Notes: a model not told the origin generated them from the letters alone. Numbered from the stretch's first letter, positions 44,185 through 60,407 are shown. The stretch: 64,000 bases of DNA from Chrysomallon squamiferum (GCA_012295275.1 CM022668.1:12090001-12154000); one strand, 5' to 3'. Numbers and translations are program-made.

Positions 44185-45649
44185 TGAAAAATTAATAAAC
44201 TAAAATCAAATACTAGTTTTACAATAATGTATATGTAGATGATCAGTATCAGTTCTTGCCATTATGCTGGTTTCTTATTCAGTGTAGTCACATTTGAGAT
44301 TCTTCTGAGACATGTTGTTTTTCAGTACATACCTCCATATTTTTGTGACAGTTTATTTTATTTAACTTTTGTATTCATTTTTTATTATTATTATTTTTCT
44401 TATTTATTGGGTTTTTAGGGGTTTTTTTGTTTGATTTTTTGTTTTATTATTATTATTATAATTTTAATTTTTTTGATTTTAAACAATAAATGAAAATTAA
44501 AAGAAATGATAGCACATACTTTTTTTAAAAACTGGTTCCTCCCTTGGGAGTGGTCAAGTGACTCATTCACTATCTCTGCAAAGCTTTTATCAAATTCCAT
44601 TCCTCAGACCACAACAAAATGTCTTTGTTTGTTTTTCCTTCTGCTGTATTTTTCACCTTTCTGTCACTTTTTCTTTTTTATTTCTCTTAATCTTTCATGT
44701 TTTTACTTTTTATTTTTTTATTTTTTTATTATCGGTTCTTTTTCAGTAAATTGTTTTATTCATTTTTTTTTCGTTTCATTTTCATTTTTTCCATTTCATT
44801 CTTTTCATTTCATCATTTTTTTTCTTCAGTATTTTCATTCTTTTTTTTTTTTCTTTGCTTTTCAGTTTTTTTTTTTTTCTTTCTTTTCTTTTATTCAGTT
44901 TTTTCCTTTTTTTTTTTTTCATTCAGTTTTTCTATTCTTTTTTCTTTTTTCTTGTTCTTTTCTTTTCTTTATTCCTTCATTATCTTTCTCCTTCATTCAG
45001 TCTTTCCATTCTTTTCTCTCTTTCTTCATTTTTCTTTTCTTTTTTTCTTTTCTTTCTTTCATTCCTTCATTATCATTTTCCTTCATTCTTCTCTTTCTTT
45101 TATTCCTTCATTATCTTTCTCCTTCATTCCATTCTTTTTCTTTTCTTTTCTTTCTTCTGTCATGCTGAACACACCTCTGTTGAAAAGATAAAATTGTTTC
45201 CAAGTGTTTTTTAAACGTTTCTCTCTCGAGTCTTGCATCTTTCTTTAAATGCTTCTCATCTGTTACTTAGAGACAATCAGACAGTTACAGATTAAACATG
45301 TTTCAATTTGTCACCTCACCATAATGGTTAAAACACCCATGGAAATGTTTTTGTCTGTTTGTCCATCTATCTGTTACGTTATGTCTGAAAAGTGTTACTG
45401 AAGTATATTAGACAAAGGATAAATATTTTCTTTGTTTTGAAGATTTTTACTTTTTTCAGTTCCAGCGTTTTGTTAACAAAAAGGTCATGGTAATATTTTG
45501 TTGTTGTTGTTTGTGTGTTGGGGCATTATCAATTATTGATATATAAATGTATGTATGTATGTATGTATGTATGTATGTATGTATGTATGTATGTATGTAT
45601 GTATGTATGTATGTATATACAAACACACAGAAACATGCACACACACACA

Positions 45650-45695
<46 letters not shown>

Positions 45696-45839
45696 AATAT
45701 ATATTTCTATTTCTAGAGAAATGTATCAAACCAAACACAAAAGTTAAAACAAAACAAAATATAAAAACATCATCATTATTGCCATATATATATATATATA
45801 TCCTAATACTATGTAATATTCAGTATTATATTAATATTT

Positions 45840-46140
45840 TAACCAGTAATGTATTAACAATGTTAACTAATGAAAGTAAAACATTTTAACACACAACACG
45901 ACTGACTTATGTTTATATCAAAGTAAAACATTTTTTTAACACACAACACAGGCAATGTATTAACATCATTAAGTAACAGTTTATATCAAAGTAAGAAACA
46001 TTTTAACACACAACACACAGTAATGTATTAACATCATTAAGTAACAGTTTATATCAAAGTAAAACATTTTAACACACAACACACAGTAATGTATTAACAT
46101 CATTAAGTAACAGTTTATATCAAAGTAACACATTTAACTG
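45840..46140. repeat. ~62-bp minisatellite, 4-5 copies; related inverted copies at 46845-47040
   Basis: cagtaatgtattaacatcattaagtaacagtttatatcaaagtaaaacattttaacacacaaca units. Confidence 0.88.
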
Positions 46141-48242
46141 TTATAAATTCTTTTCTATTTTCTGACTTTCTGGCTATTTCTTGCTTTGGATTCTATTTTC
46201 TGCCTCAAACCATCTTCCAGAGATAAAAATTAAAAAAAAAAAAAAAAAACATCCTTGTAATCAGAAACATTTTGAAATATATATGTAAACCCACATTGAT
46301 ATGAGACTGGGGAAATTCAGTTTAAATTAGATTTTAGTCAGATTGTGTTAAATAAATAAATAAATATAGAAGCAAACAAGAAAGCAGATAAAAAAAAGAA
46401 GAAATAAATAAGTTGATAAATAAATAGTATATGGATAGATAGATGTGAATGAATTGATATATATGTGTGTGTATGTGTGTATGTAAGTATATGTGTATGT
46501 ATATATGTGCGTGTATATATGCTGCCATACTATAATGTTAGTATATATTGTATAATCCAGATTTCACCATAATAATATAAAAAGAGCATAACTGTGAAAA
46601 AATCTGAGAAATTATTGACATAACAAACTGCCTTAAAATTAAAGTGTGATATTAATTCACCAATTCAATTATAAAATGTAATATTAATACAAAAATACAA
46701 TATTAAAATGTAATTTTAATACTAAAATACAACATTAAAATGCAATATTACTACTAAAATGTAATAATACTTTTAAAATATATTGCTAAGATGCCAAATT
46801 ACGTCTCAAATATAATACTGAAATTTAATATTAATACTAAAATATGTTAAAATGTAATATTACTTTTAAAACATAATATTAAAATGTAATAAAAGTAAAC
46901 AGTTAGCTAACATTGTTAACACATTACTGGTTGTGTGTTAAAATGTAATATTACTTTTTAAAACATAATATTAAAATGTAATACAAGTAAACAGTTAGTT
47001 AACATTGTTATCTCATTACTGATTATATGTTAAAATGTAACAGTAATTATGAAGAATACTAAAAAAAACGTAACACCAAAACCACATATAACATATAAAA
47101 TAAATTTCTCCTCTTAGATTTTTTTATTTTTTTTTTTATTTATTTTTTTTCTTTCTGTTCAACACGTGATAACGTAGCTACTGTATTGTTTACTTAGACA
47201 TCTCTTGGAGAAGATGAACTTACATAAATGCCAATCCTCTGCATCATATAAGACCTGCTGTTAACAACGTCGGTACGATGCCAACTGCGCAGTGCTCTTC
47301 GGCAGCACAGTAAATTTTTGCTGCATTCAGTGTTAGACTGACCTGTAGAAATACCTGTAGAGTTATTTTGAAATTATTTTAAATGAAATATAGAAATAAG
47401 ATTAAAAAGTAGGGGGTTTGTTTTTAATGATTATGATGTGGTAATGAGATTGTTGAACATGGAGTGAAGATGTGGTGATGATGATGATGATGATGATGTG
47501 ATGATGAGGATGATGGTGTGGTGGTGGTGACAATAGGAATATTTTTTGTTTTGTTAAAGTTTTGGAATAATGATGTTTGTTATATATTTTTGGGAATAAG
47601 TGTATGTTTGTAATGATTATTTGATGTGATGATGTGAATGATGATGTGAATGATCATATTATGATATGATGGGAGAATGAAAATCTGTTCAGTTAATTAA
47701 AGCATTTTTTTTTTTTTTTTTTACATTTTGGCTGTGATTATGACATATACATACACAATTGTACAACAAATCATACTTCTGTCCATCCATCCATCCATCT
47801 GTCCATTCATTCATCCATCCTTCCATTTATTTCATAAATTAAATTTCATTTAAATAAAAAAAAAAATAATAACAATGTACAACAACAACAACAGCAGCAG
47901 CAACAACAACAATATAATACCCTAATGGCTCAGAATTGTTTGTTTGTTTCTTTCTCTCCTTACTAGTTTCTTTTCTAGCATGTCTGTTGGAAAGAGATGA
48001 GTTTATCATGTTTATGCATCATACAGGAAGTTACACCTGTTTTTACTGCACACCTGGATTACAGGTATATACAAAGTTAACGAGAAAGACGCTCAGCTGT
48101 TTAGTTTTAGTAATGAATGTCTAGACAGTTTATGGCATCAGGAAATAATAATAATAATAATTAAAGTTTTAAAAAAATAAAATAAAATAAATAAATAAAT
48201 AAATAAATAAATGTTATATCAAATATCAAAAAGGAAAGAAAA

Positions 48243-48282
<40 letters not shown>

Positions 48283-48490
48283 GTAACAATGACAATAACA
48301 ATAACAATAATAATAATAATCATAACCACAAAACAAAGCAACAAAATAATAAAATTAAATTAAGTGAAAAACATTTAAAATAATAATAAACATATAATAA
48401 TTATAGCTTTAAAATAAATAAGTAATATAAATAAATATATAAATACACACAGATTCTGCATCCATATTTTATATACACCTTTTCTGCACA

Positions 48491-48529
<39 letters not shown>

Positions 48530-48807
48530 TCCTGTTATACAAATACAGGTTTTTTTGTCACTAGCAAAACGATATTACATTTTCAAAGGTCACTTCATAT
48601 CATCTGTTTCATTTTTACACCTCAGCAATAGACTTTTCCCCATCCAGTGATACACACACCCACTCAGTCTTATTCTCTGTCTCACTGTCTGTTTCTGTCT
48701 CTGTCGCTTTTTTCCTTCTTTCTTTCTTTCTTTGTTAACTTTCTCTTTTTTAATATCTTTCATGGTTTTTTCTCTTTCTTTTTCTCTCATCTTTTTTCTT
48801 TTTTTTT

Positions 48808-48838
<31 letters not shown>

Positions 48839-49205
48839 ATACACTCATATATATATATATATATATATAATATATATTGCTTACACAAAATAATATTCAG
48901 AAGTATAAACACACACTCACCTATCATTGTAATATACTCTGTTCATTGTCTGACACACAGACATTCCATCTATCACAAGTCATTTCCTATCACCTGTCTG
49001 TATTTTACAGATCTGTCAACCAGATATTTTCACCTTCAGATATCCAGCTTACTTCCCCACATATCACAAAAACACTTTGGCCACACCCTAATACCAATAA
49101 AAACAATATTAATATACTTAAATGCAGATATGCACATACATACATCATCTGCAACACAAACACACTCATTACCTAATATATTTATATATTACAGATACAC
49201 ACACA

Positions 49206-49350
<145 letters not shown>

Positions 49351-49796
49351 CTACCAACAAACCCATATATATCTAAGCACTCACACACCAACATATATAC
49401 ATATACATCTATAAACACACATATACACTTATAAATATACCTACCTCACACACATAAACACATCACACATACACACACACACACCTCACACATATAAACA
49501 CCTACAGACATACACATACATAAGATTCAAAAAGGTTTGCACTCATCACCAAATAACACCTTTACATATTATATACACACACACACTCACATTCACACAC
49601 ACACCAATTCCAAGAAATACACTCTCCACATTTAATGAAATTTTTATAACACACACACACACATGCACACACACACACAGACACCCATGCACACACACAC
49701 GCTACATACACACACACACATACATATACATACAACATAAACAGATAAATTCATCCATGCACACATTATATCCATGCACACCCACACATATAACAC

Positions 49797-49843
<47 letters not shown>

Positions 49844-51479
49844 TATACATTCACAACACAAACACAAATACAAACTGAAACACACACCACACACTCACAT
49901 ACACACACACAAACACACATACACACACACATACATACACATACACACACACACACAATCAACATGCACACACATCAACACACACACACACACACACACA
50001 CATACACACATACATATATACACACATAACACAAATACAAACTGAAACACACACCACACACTCATCCACACACACACATACACACATCAACACACACACA
50101 CACACACACACCTATACCTAGCTACCACCTACATAACAACTGATACACAAACATTCCATTTTTCCACAGATCATTTGCAGTCACCTGTTCTATTTTCCCA
50201 CTCAGACACACTTCCACATCAAAAATCTCCCACTCAAGTTTTTCAGCAGACTTCTCTCTCTCATCAAACCAGCTTAAATCTTTAACTTATCTTGTTTTTT
50301 TGTTTTTTTTATGTCTCCTGTTCTATTTCTAGAAAAAACCAAAAGCTATTCAGACATCTATAGTGGTGTAGCCTGAATCATCATCATCATCCTATCTTCC
50401 ATTGGCCAATACTTGGTTTATTCACCTAAGGGGGTGTGTAATACTGACATGTTGATAAACTGCTGTATCTAACGGCACGCTTGTAAAATATATTTATCAT
50501 CCTTAGGTATGTTCTAGAACTGGTGTGGAGATGAGAAATGATGTTTACTTTTGAATTTTGAGGAAATGAAAATGTATTAAATTTTATATATTTTTCGTTA
50601 TCTCTTGGATTTCTGATGTGTGTCTGTGTTTTGAATGTGTATATGTGTCTGTATGTTTGTGTGTATGTTTCTCTGCATGTCTGTATGTGTGTTTGTGTGT
50701 GTGTGTGTTTGTGTGTGTGTGGGTGCATGCGTGCATGTATGCTTATGTGTTGATGTGCATGGGCATGTGCATTTTGTGTGTGCATATATGTTCCCGCATA
50801 AAAATATTAGTCAACTTCAAAATTATTATAGTAATAATGTAAAACTGGATGATATGTGCTTATGTATAGGTGTGTGTGTGTGTGTTTATGTGTGTATGTG
50901 TATATGTGGTGTATATAACTGGACAAGTGTGTTTTTGTTGCAATTGAGGTGTGTTTGTATATGCGTACTTGAACTTAAGTATATAATACCAACAATTTAT
51001 TACACAGATATATGCATACATACACAATCACCTTGATATAGATGTAGATACCTCGTATAATGGTGTTTAGAATGGGCTATAATGAAATGATTTATTTTGT
51101 CAAAGTTATTTTAATTTTAGAAGATGACATTAACAATTTCATCTTCTGATTTACCATTTGGAGTTACCATGACAGTGAATTAGGATGTTATTAATTATGT
51201 ATTAAGGTGCAATTTATCAGTTACCAAGGTAACAACACAAATGTTATTCTACAAACAGTGTGATATGTGCTGCCTTGCCAATAATAATAATCTGGATGCC
51301 ATAACACAACATTCCTTTTGAATTTCTATCTCTAAATAAAATGTTTGTTTTCTTTCCAATTTGAATATACATATCTTTAGATATATTTATATATCTGTAC
51401 ATGCACACACATACTTGCACCAGGCAATGCACACACAGACAGACAGACTGTCATAATAAATACAATATAAAATATACCA

Positions 51480-51671
51480 TACATCACATGCTTGGGTGTC
51501 ATGGCAACCGTCTCGATTATTTATTTCTAAACAAAAATAACATCCTCTTTTAATTCACAAATACAGCCTGGAGTACAGTCTACCACTTTCATTCCTGCAT
51601 CTCCTTCTTATTATCAGAATAATGGGATGTCATTTATACTTCCATTACCTTCCTTTTTTTTTCAAACATTC

Positions 51672-51721
<50 letters not shown>

Positions 51722-52333
51722 TGGCTATTCTGTTTTGACATGTGTCCAGTCTAGCACCTCCATCCCAATGCAGTCTGGTGTTGTGTTCCTGTACTTCTCA
51801 CCTGAAGAGCTCTTGCCATATTTGGGGGAATCAGTAATCATAGAGAATGGTGCATTGGCACAGGAACAGTCCATCATTTTTGGTCCAAAGGGTGAACAGG
51901 ATGGAAATTCTCAAAACAAACATCATCTTCTCTGAAATATTTCCTAAACAGATTATTTCATAAAATTCCCAAAAATTTAAACACAGAATTTTCACGATGA
52001 TTTTCTGCACTGAAAATATTTAAAAACTGACGGAGACTTGGAACTGCTACAACAGCCGATGTCCCCTCTGCAGCAAAAAAATCAGTGGAAGAGTCCCAGC
52101 TTCCTGGCTATATGATGTATCGGCACAGCGGAGTGCCTGCTAGTGTGTTGTTTAGAGCCGTAAGAAACGTGCATGCATACCTGTTAAAATATCTTTTCAT
52201 TTCAAGTAGTCCAATGCCACGAAAAAAGAATTTTAGAGAATTTGCTTCTGAGAAAAACTGTTCAACCTACGTTTTTGTGTGTGCGCTGACCAACTAGCCA
52301 CACACAGAGGGAAAAAACCAAAAAAATAAAAAT
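51480..52333 (+). promoter_or_regulatory. Probable internal promoter / 5' UTR for the CCDC141-type isoform, with a CArG box at 51816-51825
   Basis: Mostly non-repetitive, GC-richer tract upstream of an ATG-bearing exon. CCATATTTGG fits CC(A/T)6GG. Confidence 0.45.
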
Positions 52334-52450
52334 ATGTCTTCGGAAAAGTTTAACTTCACGGAACTCACTGAGCTTCCTGCAACTACGACAACGATCAGTA
52401 CAGTGGCAGTCCAGGCTGGTCGAGCAAGAGTCGTTTTAGCTGTTTTGAGA
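52334..52450 (+). CDS. CCDC141: CCDC141-type first coding exon (MSSEKFNFTELTELPATTTTISTVAVQAGRARVVLAVLR)
   Basis: aatATG start, aga|gtaaga donor (phase 0). TTTISTVAVQAG..VVLAV matches the CCDC141 N-terminus as I recall it (TTTVSSVAVQAGDSKIVIAV). Confidence 0.85.
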
Positions 52451-52800
52451 GTAAGAGTCGATTTTTGTGTTTTTTTTGTTGTTAAATGTTGTTGTTGTTG
52501 TTGTTGTTTTAAATTGAGGCATGAGAAGGGTATTGTTACGTTATGCAAAGGCTTGTGACCTTAAGTGTTGATGTGTTCAGAATTTTTGGTTGGTTTTTTG
52601 TTTATGTTCTGTTTGGAGGGTTTTTTGTTCGGGGGGTTTTTTGGTGGAATGTCTGGTTTCTTTAATATTTCTTCATCTGATGATGATGATGATAATGATT
52701 ATTATTATTATTTTATTATTATTATTATTGTTGTTATTATTTTATTATTATTATTGTTATTATTATTATTATTTTTATTATTGTTTTATTATTGTAATTA

Positions 52801-52834
<34 letters not shown>

Positions 52835-53454
52835 TATTTATTTATTACTATTATTGTTTTTATTATTGTAATTATTATTGTTGTTGTTATGTCATTATTA
52901 TTATCATCATCATCATCATTGTTTTCTTAAATATGTTTTATATAGTTACATACATTTTTTGAAACTTTCTATACTGTTATTATTATTATTATTATTTTTA
53001 TTATTATTATTTCTTAACTTGAACAGTAATCTATTTTTTAGTTTTGTTTGGTGTGTTCAAAAAAACACATTTAAGTTAAAAAATCAGTATTAACTATATT
53101 AACTGAATTAAAACAATCATTTAATATATTCTTTTGGGAATTTAAGTTTAAAAAACAGATCATTATAATTCATTGTATAAAAAAAAAAAAAGGAAAAATA
53201 TTCTTTTCAATTCTCATTTCATTATCAGTATTTTAACATTTTCAGAAATCAGTAGTTTTATCTGTCGTTTTCAAAAACGATCATTCTAGCAAAAATTTCT
53301 GCTTCACAGTTTTGAGATTCTTGCATGATTTTGGTTTCATTACCAGTTAAATAAAAGCCAGCCATTTGTCAATAATGAAGCCATTTGCAAATTTGCTTAA
53401 TTCCTTCATTAATTAGCCTTAGTTGGACTAACAAACAAGTTATTAGTAGAGAAT

Positions 53455-53554
<100 letters not shown>

Positions 53555-55304
53555 AAATTGAGGAAGGAAGAAAGAATTAAAGAAGAGAGAAAAACTGAGG
53601 GAGAGAAAAAATATTTTAATATATCTCTATTTCTGTATGTACAAGTATGTGTTAAAAATTACAAACACATATATTAATACACATATAAAACCATGGATCT
53701 GCCCTGGAAATACCCTCCCCTCATTTTCATTACTGCTTACAAGATGCAGCAATTTTGGACCCACCTTGAAATAAAACCCCCCCCCCCTTTTTCCAGCAGT
53801 TCTGCCTTCTGTACATTCCAGGTTTGAAACTGCCCTTGAAATCTCTTCTCTTGTTCATTATTTTTTTACTATTTATACTCCAGGTTTTGAAATCTGCTGC
53901 TGAAATCCTTTCTTTCTCCCCCCCTCCTCCCCCCCCTCCGTTCTTCTCATTTCCATTACCAGGGTTGTTGTTGTTGTTGTTGTTACATAAAGCAGACTGT
54001 AACGACTTGACCCAAACGAATCGTGGAATTTGTCAAGAGTGAAATTTGGCAGAGTTGTTTTAAAATGCACGCTGCTGCTGCTGAACGATTATCAAATTAG
54101 CGAACAGCAAAATCACTGATTCAGAATAATTGCTGCCACATTCTTTCACTGATCCAAAACAGAGCTGGACACTTTGCCAAAAAAAAAAAAATAAAAAAAA
54201 AGTATGAGAAGAAGAAGGGAAAAAAAAAAGAGAGAGAGAGAAAATTCATCTAAAAAAAAAAAAAAATATATATATATATGTATTTTTTTTTTTACATGAA
54301 TTTTAGATGAATTTATGATGAATTTTAGATGAATTTATATATATATGTATAAAATACAGGAAATGGAAATGAAAAAAAAGAGAAAAAAAGAAGTTTTTAT
54401 GGGGAAAACATGTCAGTACATTCCATAATATCCTAATAATATTTTAAATATCTGTAATGTATTAATCATGTATAATGTACATAAAAATCAGTCTCTTCTC
54501 TTCTCAGTTTGGCTTTCTTTGTCTTTGTCTGTCTGTCTTTCTCTCACACCTTCACAACATATGTCTGTTGTTATTCACCTAGGTATTAATCATAGAGATT
54601 TTGGAGGGATTGGCTACAGGTTAAAGATTAGTGGGTGTACTTATGACACATGATCAGTTCTCCTTGATTCTCTCACTGGGATAAATCCCATTCTTGCCCG
54701 GGCTCTCTGACTGCACTAACAGAAAACAGACATACAAACAAATAACTCCAAAAGCCCAACCCCAACCACAAAACAGTTCAGTAGAAATAAAATTTTAAAC
54801 AATGTATAAAAGCAAACCAATACATCCTATAAAAACTACACACAACAAACCAAATGGAAAAAATATATATATGTATGTATGTATGAATGTATGTGTATAT
54901 GAATATGTGTATATATATGTAAGAATACTGTTTTACCATAATTTTATTAAAGAAATTATATGTATATATATATATATATATATACACATACATATATACA
55001 TACACACACACATACATACATACATACATACATACATACATACATACATACATACATACATACATACATACACATACATACATACATAAAGAGAGAGGTT
55101 GTAAAAGAGAAACAATTATATAATTTCCTGAAGGGAGTTGCCACATTTCACACACTTAACATAATAATTCTGAATTGTTTCAGTGATTAATCACAAAACA
55201 GAAAACACTTAGTCATTTTTTTTGTGTTTACACTTTGTGTTATATCTTTGGCTTCATCTTTAACTGGCTCTGTTTTTTTTCATTTGTTTTGTCTGTTAAA
55301 ACAG

Positions 55305-55670
55305 AGTGTGTTTAGTCATTTACTGTGTCTGTTAAGTCTGTCTGTTTAGTCATGTACTGTATCTGTTAAATCTGTCTGTTTAGTCATCTACTGCGTCTGT
55401 TAAATCTGTCAGTTTAGTCATCTACTGCGTCTGTTAAATCTGTCTGTTTAGTCATCTACTGCATCTGTTAAATCTGTCTGTTTAGTCATCTACTGCGTCT
55501 GTTAAATCTGTCTGTTTAGTCATACACTGTGTCTGTTAAATCTGTCTGTTTAGTCATGCACTGTCTGTTAAATCTGTCCATTTCAGTCATATATTACTTC
55601 TGTTAAATATGTTTGTATAGTCACATATGTATCTGTTAAATCAGTCTGTGTAGTCATATACTGTCTGTTG
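55305..55670. repeat. 34-bp minisatellite (tctgtctgtttagtcatctactgcgtctgttaaa), ~10 copies
   Basis: Visible tandem array. Confidence 0.92.
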
Positions 55671-57149
55671 AACCATCATATAAATGATATTGTTCAGTAT
55701 GTCTGTTTAATCATCATTTTATACCGTTCTCATTTTTATCTTAGTCATACAGAGCTTGCACTCAATCCGTCTCTGTATATTGCGTCTGTTCTAGTCTGTT
55801 CTCTGTCTGCAGAATCTCTCTAGTTTCAGTTCTGCATCTGCCGGCACATGGGTGTGGTTTATTTATAGACTCAGTCTGCTGTGTCGCTAGCTATCTGATA
55901 TCACTGCAGTGCACTGGGAAACCAAACAGACTGCTTCTCCCTTTCTTTTACATAATTGCCTGCATTCTTTTCATGTGATAGGATTTTTTTTGTGGGGGAG
56001 AAATGTTTTTGACCTTTGAGAGTTGAGATGATGTGCTGGCCTGAGTTCACTGTTGTGTTGTTGTTAATAAGGAGGGGTTGTAGTCAGTTGTGAAGAAAAG
56101 AACTTTTGTTTTTCTTTGTTTATTTTTTGTTTTTAATTTTTAAAAAATATAAATAAAAAATAGAATCAGGTTTTTGTTTACAAGAAAGATAGGCCTGCTT
56201 GTTGAAAAGAGTTTTTGTTTTTGTTTATTATTATTTTTTTTACTTTTTTTTTTCTTTCTTTCTTTCTTTCTTCTTCTTCTTCTTCTTCTTCTTCTTCTTC
56301 TTCTTCTTCTTCTTCTTCTTCTTCTTCTATTATTATTATTATTATTATTATTTTTTTTTTTTTTTTGTTCTAGAATAAGTTAGTTGTATATTCATAAAAG
56401 ATGATTGTAATTAATTGTAATTAGTTATAAATTTTGTTTATTTATTTTTCTGTTTTTATGGTTTTTGAAAACAAGAACAAATGATAGTTGTGTATTAACA
56501 AATAATACTTAGGTTATATAACCATTTAAAAAAATGTTTTAATTGATACTCTATTTCTATTTTTTTATTTTTGCCATAAAAACAGATTAAGATATTTAAT
56601 ATTAGTTAAGTGATAAATATTTCTTTCTTTCTTTCTCTCTTTCTGTTTATCTATCTATCCATCTTTATTTATTTATTTATTTAATTTTATGATATTTTGT
56701 GATAAAAACATTAAGCAGAAAATACCTGGCTTTCAAATATGTCAGTGGAAAAGGAACTTTTGTTTTACTTATTTTATTTATTTTAAAACAAGAGATTCAA
56801 TTTATTAGACTATTTTTCAACTGTTCTTACAGAGAAAAATATCTGTGTTGTATACCATTAATTTAAAAAAAACAAAAAAACATGTTTAAACTTAATTATC
56901 AGTTATTTATACAAGTTTTTCTGAACTTTAAGAACAAAACTAATTTGCAAGTATAATATATTTTACATATATTGATTAGATAAATTTATATATGTTTTTT
57001 TCATTATTGATTATTCAAATTTTCACAACCAAATTATTTATCTGCATAATATATTATGACAGAGCATTAACAACTAAATAAAGTTTAAAAGAACTTCAAA
57101 ATTAATTAATTATTTATTTATTTTCTTTTTGAAGTCTTTTATTCTTGTA

Positions 57150-57197
<48 letters not shown>

Positions 57198-60100
57198 AAA
57201 CATAAAAAAATAAATAAAAACCAATGTACTTAAATTATAATGGCTAACATTCCTCTCTGAAGCTTAGATCCCACGACCTATTGCCCCATGTAACAGGTAT
57301 CTGGCTAAATATAGTAAAGTGTTCATAGAAATAAAGATCTCTGTCAGGTGACATTTACATCGTCTTGGCAACAGTTCTGATATATCTGCTAGGAGGAGCT
57401 TTCCAGAATCTTGTTGTCATGGTTACTTACTGTTATCTATGTAAGAAACTGATATGACAGACTGTATGAAATGTGGGAAAAAAAAAAAAAAAACTAAACA
57501 TTTGGCTCAACTCAGAAATGTTGTTTTTACTCTGGGCTTATATCATCACCAGCTTTTTGGGGCTTTTTACTGAAACCAAAAAGAAAAAGAAAACTGTTGG
57601 AAAAGAAAGAAAAAATAAGAAAGAAAATGTAGAAGAAATTATAAAAGTTTGATAAGATGAAAGTGATATATATATATATAAAGATGATGAAGATGATTAT
57701 TACAATAAGAAATTAATAGTAAAAGATTTTTGTATTTAACATTTTTTCTGTGTATGTACAATAGATGTAATTAATAGGTATTGTCAAAACAAACAAAGAT
57801 CTAAAAAATAAAAAAATAAAAAATAATAGTAATTAAGAAAATAAATTCTGCAATACATCTGAAATATAAGAACTAGAAGTTTCTAGTTTATATTAGGAAC
57901 AATAAAAATAATAATTCACTGCATTTATTTTTTCTAAAGATTTAGGCCCATTATCTTAAAACACCAATCTTATACAAAAAATAATTAAATTTAATAATAA
58001 TAATAATAATAATAATAATATCAATGACAACATTAATAACAATAACAACAGCAACAAATATTATAAAAAAGAAAGAAAATTTCAAAACATAAAATAAATT
58101 TTTGAGAAACAATCCAATTATATATATATATAATCACTGAGACATATATAATACTACTGTATATTTCACATCCATTGTACACACACTGACATAACTTCAC
58201 TATTATCAGGAACACAGTTTTTAACAAGCCTGATACTGCAGATAACCTGACCGCTGGTTTGACTTTTAATATTTTATGTTTTTAAATTGGCTGATAAACA
58301 GAGAGAGATAGATGATACAAGCTTCTCTTAAGTGTACCAAGATCAGCAGCAATCAAGAAGATATGATTTTTTTAAGTTAGGCCCAAATGGAGTTAATTTA
58401 TGTAAACATTCAAAGGCTTGTAAGCAGAAACATAGATAATATATTCATATAAATTAACATAAGCACACATGTTTATGAAGAGGCATATATAAACACATAT
58501 AAGCTCTCAGATACTTGTTGAAATATGCATACATATAACTTTGAAAATGTACAGATGCACACATGGCTATATATATATATATATACACACACATATACAT
58601 ATACATACATAAACCTATCTAATTTGTCACACACACACACACACACACATAAATATGTACACAGCAGTTGAATGAAATATATATGTATAGAAAACATCTT
58701 GAATAGTTAAGCCTCTTACTTATATTTTTGCAGTATTTTACACATTCAGTGTGTATATGTGCCTATATGTATATGAATATTACATTTTGTAAATTGTATA
58801 GGTATATATGTATTTGTGTGTTATGTGTGTATGTATGGATGGATGGATGGATGGATGGATATATGGATGTATCTATGTGTATTATGTATGTATGTATATA
58901 TGTATATATATGTATATGTATGCATATAAGTATGTATATGTATATCTGTGTGTGTGTTTGTGTATATGTGTGTCTGCGATATATACTACTAATGTTTATG
59001 TAGGTATATATTAGTTATATACTACATGGTTAATTAAACTAGTTTTTCTACCTGTGCAAGTGAATACATAGGACCAAGGGTACAATAAGTAAAAAAAAAT
59101 GTGCAAAAACAAAAAGTCTACAGTGTGTTTACCTAACTGTTTATGATGTGTTTATGTTGTGTTTATGTTCAGTGATGTGTTCGCTCGGATTACACACACA
59201 GAAACAACACAAATTATTTCTGTAGCTGCTGTTCACAACAACGTTGTTTTAGTGTGTTTTTCAGTGATAAAAGTTTTGTTGATTGTATCTGTTGTAAAAC
59301 AAAATAAACTGGTGTGGGTTAGTTTTCTTTACCAGTTAAAAGCTTTTAAGTAAAATGCTGTTTATGAGTCTGTGTTACATACAAATGTGGTTTTGTTCAG
59401 TTGTGTTGATGAATATAAACAGGTGTTTTGTTTCATGTTATGTATGTGTTTATAGATGTAGTTTATTTATCTAATTATGGAAATATGTGTATGTCTTAAG
59501 TATGTTTAAGAGATCTGTTTAGTCAAATACTATTTATATATTTAATGTGTATATATGTGTGTAAGTGTATGTCTCTGTATGTATCTGTGTATATATGTGT
59601 GTGTATGTGTATGTATTTATGTGTAAATGTATGGTCACATATGTGTCTATGTATATGTTAATATGGAATTATAAATGTGTGTATCTAAGTATATATTTGT
59701 ATGTATACATATAAAATATATTGAAATATATATATTTATTTACTTTTTTCCTTCATAACTGAAATAAAAGAAACAAAAAGATATATTCCACACATTTTTT
59801 TACCACTTTTTAAAATCATTTGTTTTTGTAGATACCATTACTTTTTACATTCCTTGTTAGCACACTGTTTTTCAATCTCTAGTCTTCATATACAGTTCAT
59901 ACTGAAGACATGAACACCTTTAGAATATTACTGATAACAAGACAGCACTTTCCATGGCATTTTATATATTCTTCTAATTCATGCATGTTTCTTACACAAT
60001 TCAGGCTATAAAAACACCTTTAGGCTGTTATCTTTACCTTCTCATAAACAGAAAACATCTGTCGGAACACTTGTGTTCTGTAACATTTAAGAATTACCTG

Positions 60101-60407
60101 AAATGGAGAACATGTTCCTTTGATGTTCCACCTAACCAGTTCTGTAAGGCATGGAAGTGTTCACAGACAGATCTGTGAATTTTGAAAAGAATCGTTCACA
60201 GCATATTTGTGTGTTTATCCATCTTTGTTTCTGAGTAGGTGTTCATCTCTTGGTCTGTTGGTGTGTTAGTGTATGTCTGTTCTGTGTGTGTGTGTATGTG
60301 TGTGTATTTGTGAGTATGTATTTGTTAGAGTATGTATATGTTAGGTCGTACTTGCATTAATACATACAGCATCTGAAAGAATGTTTAGGGGAAAACAAAA
60401 TGTGGAT

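Noticed and set aside
44506-45214. Phe-rich 220-aa ORF resembling a membrane protein
   Set aside because: T-rich low-complexity tract with a short internal repeat, not coding.
47160-47320. Possible additional alternative first exon in the large intron
   Set aside because: GC-richer island, but its ATGs reach stops quickly and no convincing phase-0 donor follows.
51627-52297. ORFs 51627-51935 and 52085-52297
   Set aside because: No recognisable domain or usable splice sites. At most these are uORFs in the 5' region of the CCDC141-type isoform.
55860-55940. Possible hairpin ncRNA (cagtctg...cagactg)
   Set aside because: Only a 7-bp stem, with no miRNA-like duplex or snoRNA boxes.
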